NCBI GenBank assembly: GCA_010093705.1
Contig: MU006111.1
Coordinates: 241,324-261,323, forward strand
DNA length: 20,000 bases
Reading direction: 5' to 3'
Origin: Patellaria atrata CBS 101060
Lineage: Eukaryota
The notes under the pieces were generated by a model. The model was not told the DNA's origin and searched no databases. It was given only the letters and a program-made list of their open reading frames with translations. The position numbers and the translations under genes were made by a program. Shown piece after piece: positions 13,070-20,000 of this stretch (position 1 is its first letter; each line of letters begins with the position of its first letter).

Positions 13070-14876
13070 TCAATCGCTATCGACGCTGCCCCCGTCCTCA
13101 CGCACAGGCATGCGCGTCGTCCTGCTAAGAGAAAAATCCAAAATGTCGCTGCGGGGCTCGACGTACTTCTTCTGGCACCAGCTGCAGCGGACCGCGGCTG
13201 TGCGCTCCCTGCCCAAGGTGTCGCGCGTCGTGCCTTTGATGAAGATGAGCTGGTTCTTAGAGTCCTCGCGGTCGTAGACTTTATCGGAGACGCCGAAGGC
13301 GAGGACGGCGAGGCGGGTTTGGGGGGCGGGGACGGAGGGGTTGGGGGCGAAGTGGAGGGGGTGCGGGCCGTGTGGGGTAAGGTAGAGTTTTGCGAGGGCG
13401 GCGAGGAGGGTTTCGTAGAGGGTGCGTGGGAGGCGGGTTAGGGATGTTGCGATCGTGGGGAAGGTTGTGATGTTTAGCGTTATTAAGCCGGAGAGGTGTG
13501 AGAGGGCGCTCTGTGTGGCGTAGGTCAGCTATGTTCTGATATTTGATATACTAGGTAATTTGAATAGGAAGGGGCGTAGGGGAAGCATACATCGAAGGCG
13601 AGAAACTCTGCGCTAAGGTTTCGGAGGACGTTCGTCTGTGGGAAGGCTATGGAGAGCTGTTCGAGCCTTACGCAGGCTTTGCAGATGGAGTGGAAGGACT
13701 CGTAGTCATAAACGTGTTCTTCGTCCTCCCCGCCTCCGAGTGAAGCGTGGAGATTCAGTTGATTAAGCGTTCGGCCGTGTCTTGTTATGCAAGCTACCGC
13801 GGGGAGCGACTTCACGAAGCACATGTCCACTGTTAGCACCCTTATTCCAGATACAAGACAAAGGAAGCCCTCAAGTGCGTGCAAAGCATCGTTCTCGGTG
13901 TTATCGTCATGCTTGAACTCTAACGTTTCTAGCTTCTCGGGCATTAGGGTGATCTTGCTGAGTTCGGCGAACAGCGCATCCGCACCTGGACAGCCGAAGA
14001 TACGAAGAGATTTGAGGTGGCCGAAATCTATGATTTTGCAATAAGTATTCGAGGCGTACCGTAGAGCAATCTTCTGAAGGGTCAAGTTGCGCAGAACTAT
14101 AGGTGTACATTTATCAAATGGCAGCATATGGCTAAATATCGTCCCAGTAAGGAGACCTGGCCCTGTACTAGAGTCGTTAAGCTCTCTGGACGAGACATCC
14201 GTCAGAAGATCGTCGAAACTGGAGTGTAGGGTGATTTTCTGGACCTTGGGCGAGTTCTTGACCAGGTAATTGCAATAGTTCAGCACCTCTCTACTATCAG
14301 GATATAGACCCAGCTTCTTCACTTGACTAAACACATTCTTAATGTTCGGTATGGTTTGTATCTCCGGCAGAGCATCTCTGTCACATGCTATAGCTTCCAT
14401 CCATTTCATCCTCCTCTGTTTCTTGTACAGCAATATTAAATTGTCAGTCGAGAACTGGGACCAAGGATGCCATGAGAACTTTTCGAGGATATTCTCAGGG
14501 AGGAGCGCCAGGATCGCCCGAATGGTAAAATTCGCCAGTTGTATTTGATTGCATTTGTCTACCACTTCCGCAAGATATAGGTCTATCTTGCGAACGTATG
14601 GAAGGCCAATATTCCCAGGATTTAGGAAGTCTAGGAGCCGGGTGTCGTTTGCGGTTCCGATATCGATTGTGACTTCGTTGTATAGTTGTGGGACTGTGAG
14701 TCTATGTAACTGTTTGCAGGTAAGGCATAGGTTTTTCATGTCCGTGGGACGAGTAACCTAGCTTGATATCAGTGTCTTGTCTAATAATAGCAGCCTGCAC
14801 GGTTAATCAAATTTACATGGTCGATGATAAGGCGTTGGACGTCTTCTATAAGGTCCATGAACTGTAGACGACCCAT
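13070..14876 (-). CDS. F-box-like protein with a leucine-rich-repeat-like body, about 555 aa
   Basis: Exons 14876-14817, 14757-13591, 13510-13070, with introns GTAAAT..CTGAT..TAG and GTATGC..GCTGAC..CAG. The N-terminus FMDLIEDVQRLIIDHVTRPTDMKNLCLTCKQLH is F-box-like, followed by LxxL repeats. Ends ...EDGGSVDSD-TGA. Confidence 0.8.
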
Positions 14877-15724
14877 ATTAGCCAGATTAGTGAAATGAAT
14901 TTGCTCCTTTACTCGTCGGTGTAGGGGATGTGCAAAGTTTGATAGAACTACAGTTGCCTATCACCTGAAGATATCAACTGTGGATGCAAATGAAAAGAGT
15001 GGCGATTCGATAAAGATGCTAACAGATGTAGCTAAAGAGGATTGATGATCTTATAGAATGAATGACGATTTGCGCGTATATGAGGATGTATCACAATTTT
15101 TATTGTCTTGCAAAATCGGCGATACCGTTCGCTCGGTCAGCCCTGTGTTTTCAGGTGGGAAAACGAGACGCGGTGGTTGACTGCTCTATCCCAACTGGCA
15201 TTATTAGAGAGAGCAAACAAACCGCTGTACTGATCTCCCTGTACAGACAAGGAATCATATTGTCAACCTTTTGGTTTCTCACTGTTTTGGAACTTTGTCG
15301 ATCGTGTATTTTGAGGAGTAGACAACGTGGGGGTGAGACCAGCACAGGAAGATATCCGGCTCGCCCGAATAGGTCCGCTTATTGACAACTCTAATACCTT
15401 AGATACAGTGTCTAGGTCCAGAACTGAACCATTTTTTACACGTAGAAATGCATAGACTACTCTCAGACACGGGCTCTGTCAATTCAGGTATACAGCCCGT
15501 GGAAAAAAACATCATTTAAATATACTCAGACCGCAGTAGATAGATATCAAGAGCATATACATCAAGACCTTTTATATCAAACTCAAAGAGTTGAATCTTG
15601 GCCAAACCCTCCAAGAACAGTTGAACCACATGCGACCTTCGCCATATGCGCCTGAATATGCAAGTCACCCTCAGTAAACTCTTCCATTCCTACTAGTCAC
15701 AATGCCTCATCTCCTATGCATCGC

Positions 15725-17544
15725 TCAATCATCCCCATCTTCCCAGGGTAAACTAAATGTTCCAACCCAATCCTCCACTTCCTTCCTCAACTGAACAATC
15801 TCCACCACATCCTCTCCCTCGCCTAGATACTCTGTAAATGCCTTGACGCTTCCCGGATTCTTCCTTCTACTCTTCTCTGCTGCCTCTTTCGCCTTCTTAT
15901 CAACATCGAGCGTGATACCGACGGCACGATGCACAACATCCGCCACACGCCTGAAGTCATCTGGCTGGAATCCACGAGTAGTCATGGCCGGAGATCCCAT
16001 GCGTAGACCACCTGGTTTCATCGCAGACTTGTCGCCGGGGACGGTATTCTTGTTTGAGGCGACACCAACAAGCTCGAGAACACGCTCAACGCGAGCACCG
16101 TCAATGCCGCGGTCCTTAAGGTCAACAAGGACGAGGTGGTTATCAGTACCACCGCTTACAACCTTATAACCGAGACCACCCGACTCCTTTGGATTTCCCA
16201 GTCGATCTGCTAGCGATTTCGCGTTTTTAAGAACTGTTTGTTGGTACTCTTTGAACTCAGGGGTTTGAGCTTGGTGTAGTGCAACGGCAAGGGCTGTGAT
16301 GGTGTGGTTGTGAGGGCCACCCTGGTGACCGGGGAAGACTGACATATTGATAGGGCCTTCTAGGTCGTACATCTCTTCATTACCCTTTTTGTCGGTTCGG
16401 CGGACGCCTTTACGATAGAATATCATTGCACCTCGTGGTCCGCGGAGAGACTTATGGGTTGTAGTTGTCACAACATCAGCATATTGAAACGGTGAAGGGA
16501 TAACACCTGCTGCAGCAAGACCAGAGACGTGTGCCATATCACTGTAGAGGTATGCGCCAATCTTGTCACAAATAGCACGCATGCGGTCGTATTCGATCAA
16601 TCGACTGTAAGCGGAAGTGCCTGCGATTATGATCTTGGGTCGATAGAGAGTAGCATTTTCTTCTAGCCTGTCGTAATCAATTATCCCAGTCTTCTCATTT
16701 AACCTGTATGGAAACGTCTCGAAGTATTTTGATATCGCAGAAATCTTCTTGCCGGGTATTTGGTAACCGTGCGATAAGTGACCCCCATGGGGTAGGTCTA
16801 GGCCCATGATACGATCGTGAGGTTGGAGAACAGCGGAATATGCATAAAGATTGGCCGGTGATCCAGATAACGCTTGGAAATTGTTAGTACCATTTTCAAA
16901 ATCCGTGAAATGGGTGTAGCGCACGCTGAACATTGACTCCCCATTCGTCCTCTTTCAAACCGAAAGTTTGCAATGCTCTTCGCTGACATAGGCGTTCAGC
17001 TTCATCTATGAATTCGTTTCCTCCGTAGTATCGTGCTCCAGGATATCCTTCTGAATACTTGTCTGTGGTCTAGATGTTAGCATTACTCCCTCTGGGGGTG
17101 TATCCTTCGAGTTCTATGATCTAGCATACTTTGCATTACACTCCCTAGCGCATCCAAAACAGCTTGTGAAGTGAAATTCTCCGAGGGTATAAGGTTTATA
17201 AAATGTTTCTGCCTCCTCTTCTCCTAGAATACCACATTCATCAGGATCCAGTAGCTGTATGGGTCATTCTCGATACCTGACGTACCTTTTGTATTATTTC
17301 ATACACAATAGGATCTGCATCTTCTAAATCGGCAGACAGAATCTATAAATCAATAATTAGCGACCGGCACAATCTTACAGCACAACGCTATAAATCATTC
17401 TCGTACCTTATGCTGAGCATCCAGCGACAGACCCCGCCTAGTAGAAACCCTCAAACCGGGACTCCATCTCGTCCCAATTGGTCTCCCAGCAGCTCTAGCA
17501 AGCAGACTCACCGATGCCCTCGAAGAGACCACAAAATTCGCCAT
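15725..17544 (-). CDS. SHM1: Serine hydroxymethyltransferase, mitochondrial, about 524 aa
   Basis: Exons 17544-17407, 17342-17286, 17223-17130, 17062-16925, 16872-15725. Motifs [42 protein letters not shown] and the PLP-lysine motif [13 protein letters not shown]. The Arg/Ser-rich, acid-poor N-terminus [21 protein letters not shown] fits a mitochondrial presequence. Confidence 0.95.
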
Positions 17545-18682
17545 GATCTTCGAGTGTGACTCCTCTGCAGGACACGAGGGCAAAATGAAACTATACACGA
17601 GCGCCGAGAGTGGTGATGCAAGCTTGGACGGAAGCCGATAAATTAGCCACTATACTAAAAATAGTTTAGCTTTTCGACACCGTTTTTGCACTTTCAACTT
17701 GACGTTGAGTCCTTCGGTTTTTCTCTTCTTCACACAACTAAATCCAAGATGATGAAGAGCTTTCAGGGCAGTCAACCTCACTCGTACTGGCTTTACGGCT
17801 TGTGTGATGTGGGGGATGCTGAGATGTTCTGGGCCAGACTCACCACCTTTTGAGGGACAATTTGAAACCAGCTGATTGGAAAGTTGTGTATATCCAGCAG
17901 TAAATCTTGCTAGGGGACATTGATGCGAAATATAAGGATATGGTGGAAGTTCCTCATTAGGACGGGGATGATGGGTGATAGTTATCTACTACTTGTGCCT
18001 CGTGCCTGTAGACAGTTCTATCGCCCCGTCCGTAGACTTTGAAGTGACAGGAGATCGACAAGAGGAAATGTAACAAAGGAAATTCCTTACTCCTACACAG
18101 CTTACACCAACTCGACCACACTGCCAGAAGTGACAGTTCCCCAGGTTCCAGCTATCTATAAAGCCTACACCTTTTGAAGGACTTTCTGTGTAGGAGATTC
18201 GAGTTCGTCTTTAGTGAGATTCCGGTCTTGGGAGACGTACTCTACTATACACAAAATATGAGACCGTATAGAAGTGCCGTACCTATACAGTATGCGAATC
18301 TGCACGGTATGTTGTCCATCAGTTGGGAGTCCCCCTACACATTACTCTCTCTTATACAGTGGAGTTGGAGACAAGCTGAAGAGATCGCGTACAGTAGGCG
18401 AATAAAATCACGAGTAGACAAACGGTATCAGTAGAAGGGAAGATCAGAGTCCTCGACATGTACAATATGCGTACGTCTGCTTTATTCAAATAGAGTTCAG
18501 TATTGAGTTCCGTATATGGCAGGGTGTGACCAAGGAGTCTAGTCAAAACTTCCTACCCTCTCGCAATATATGCCTTCGAACTCGATGATTTGCTGCAGCG
18601 GCTACCTAACTCACTCCAGGAATACTGTAACTCTTATAACAATCACATTCCACCGTATTTAGAGAGGTCAATGTGCTCATCA

Positions 18683-18775
18683 CAGTGTGGCCAACGATCC
18701 GTATCGATAAGGTATTAGTATTCTCGGTATTTCATCGGTATTGTATCGAATATCATAATACCTTAACAATACTCT
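18683..18775 (+). mobile_element. Possible terminus of a hAT-like DNA transposon (TIR-like CAGTGTGGCCAAC plus subterminal GTATC/GGTATT repeats)
   Basis: CAGTGT start, clustered GTAT(C/T) motifs and a 10-bp inverted repeat TAAGGTATTA (18708-18717) / TAATACCTTA (18756-18765). Composition turns AT-rich immediately after. No partner TIR or target-site duplication is seen in the window. Confidence 0.3.
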
Positions 18776-18860
18776 TGGCATTTTAAGATTTTTTAATATT
18801 CTTTAGAATTCAACTAAAATATTATCGTTTTCTTAGAAATTTAATTAAAATAAAGATACT
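18755..18860. other. AT-rich tract, possibly RIP-affected repeat DNA
   Basis: Abrupt switch to TA/AT-dominated sequence (ttttaagattttttaatattctttagaattcaactaaaatatt...ttaattaaaataaa). Confidence 0.5.
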
Positions 18861-18928
18861 CTTCGTACGAAGGGATTATATAGCTATGAATAACATCTAT
18901 AGCTGTTCTAAGATAGAAGGCACGAGGG

Positions 18929-18982
18929 CGTGCCTACGTGCCTGCCTGTCCACCTGTCTACTGGCCCACCTGCCTACCTGCC
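18929..18982 (+). repeat. Degenerate tandem repeat of CCTG/CCTA/CCCA units (GCCTACCT-like 8-mers)
   Basis: cgtgcctacgtgcctgcctgtccacctgtctactggcccacctgcctacctgcc, directly upstream of a TATAAAA box near 18989. Confidence 0.7.
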
Positions 18983-19117
18983 AATTTGTATAAAATACAT
19001 CTTTTTTTTGAATTTCTCTTCTTCTCTTCTTCTCTCCTTCTCAATCTTTGATTTTAGTAACTCAAAGTGTAAGTACTCAGCTTAAACCTATCGTACGAAG
19101 GCTAATAAGACTATAGT

Positions 19118-19649
19118 ATGGCCAATACGCAAGTAGTTCTCTATAACCCAGCGATCACGGCTGCCGCTCACGCGAACCGCAACCCGGTGCTACTCGTAAC
19201 ACAGCAGCAATTGGCTCCGTGGTGTCACAGCCCACAGAATAGAGCACTTCTGGCCGTCGGTGGAGGTGTTGATGTTGAGTTCGTACGTGACTCTATCACA
19301 CCGAGCAGATTGGATCTCATAGGCAGTCATATGTCAATGGGATTCTTATCCAGTCTCGTGGAGGTGACGTTGATCCTTGTGCGGCTTGTCGTACGAGAGA
19401 TTTCCGTCCCTTCCTTAGTTGTCACCGCGCTGAGGGACACTTTGGCGGAACATGCGCCAACTGCAAATGGCGCGACCATACAGCACGCTGTTCCGTACGA
19501 GCTGGTGGTCCAGATAAGCCTGCTCAAGGAGCCAGGGTGCTTGGACCTGGTTCAGGGGTTGACGGAGCTGACGGCACCGCCCCTGGGAATGCTATTGTGC
19601 TGGATGACGATGAGGGGCTACTCCCCAAAATGCTATAATCATTGGTTGA
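19118..19649 (+). pseudogene. DUF3716-like Cys-rich protein gene, frameshifted (about 177 aa if restored)
   Basis: Frame 0 gives MANTQVVLY...VEFVRDSITP. A -1 shift near 19303 continues EQIGSHRQSYVNGILIQSRGGDVDPCAACRTRDFRPFLSCHRAEGHFGGTCANCKWRDHTARC, which matches my recollection of the DUF3716 (PF12511) pattern IQSRG..CxxC..PF..C...FGGxCANC.W...C. TATA box near 18989, CT-rich leader and a 5'UTR intron at 19069-19116 (GTAAGT..GCTAAT..TAG). Confidence 0.7.
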
Positions 19650-20000
19650 GCAGAGCTTCGTACGAAGTATTCTTTGGCGTTTAAGCGTTCTGGCGTTTCG
19701 GTGTTCTGCTTTGCCTAGCTATCCAGGGCTGTTGGTAGCACTCAGACGTGATCTGTACCTTTACGTGTGTCTGAGATCAGTAGCCATTAGGTGAAACTAA
19801 ACAAATCGTACGAACCTTTCAATAAATTTTTTTGTTTTGCCCAATGTTTAAGACATTCAGTATGTTCTAACTCTCTTGAACTTAAGCGTGATCTTTCCCA
19901 TGATACCGTACGACGAGCTGCTGAAAACACTCGTTCTGGTTCATCGCTCATTGCTGGAATTGAGAGGATCTCAATTGCAAGTATAGATAATCGTGGAAAC

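Noticed and set aside
17557..17562. TGACTC (Gcn4/CpcA-like site) near SHM1
   Set aside because: A single hexamer about 13 bp from the ATG, probably in the 5'UTR and compatible with chance.
17600..18680. Telomerase RNA or another known ncRNA in the unassigned region
   Set aside because: No CTAACCCTAA-type template or other recognisable hallmark seen.
19305..19684. C-terminal two-thirds of the listed 188-aa ORF as a real protein
   Set aside because: The Cys-rich domain is in the -1 frame, so this part is probably out of frame.
19731..19743. GTTGGTAGCACTC as the partner TIR of 18683-18695
   Set aside because: Only 9 of 13 positions match and there is no flanking duplication.
18861..19912. CRISPR-like interpretation of the spaced palindromes
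   Set aside because: Eukaryotic context, repeats only 6-12 bp, irregular long spacing, and copies lie within a coding region.

Overview
Gene-dense, intron-containing DNA from a filamentous ascomycete (Pezizomycotina-type GT..CTRAY..YAG introns of about 47-87 nt). Six complete genes could be spliced by hand into open frames: the Skn7/SrrA response regulator (+), eIF2B-epsilon GCD6 (+), a RING-variant/ankyrin-like protein (-), a PXA-PX-PXC sorting nexin (+), an F-box-like protein (-) and mitochondrial serine hydroxymethyltransferase (-). The left edge may carry the 3' end of a further gene. From about 18.68 kb the window turns accessory-like: a possible hAT-type end, an AT-rich tract, and a frameshifted DUF3716-like Cys-rich gene in a segment strongly enriched for the palindrome (T)CGTACG(A). 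The two strongest leads are a TGA-CTAG stop-readthrough context with a 33-codon Trp/Gly-rich in-frame extension on the F-box-like gene, and the CGTACG-marked DUF3716 cassette. All family calls come from motif recognition by eye; no database searches were run.
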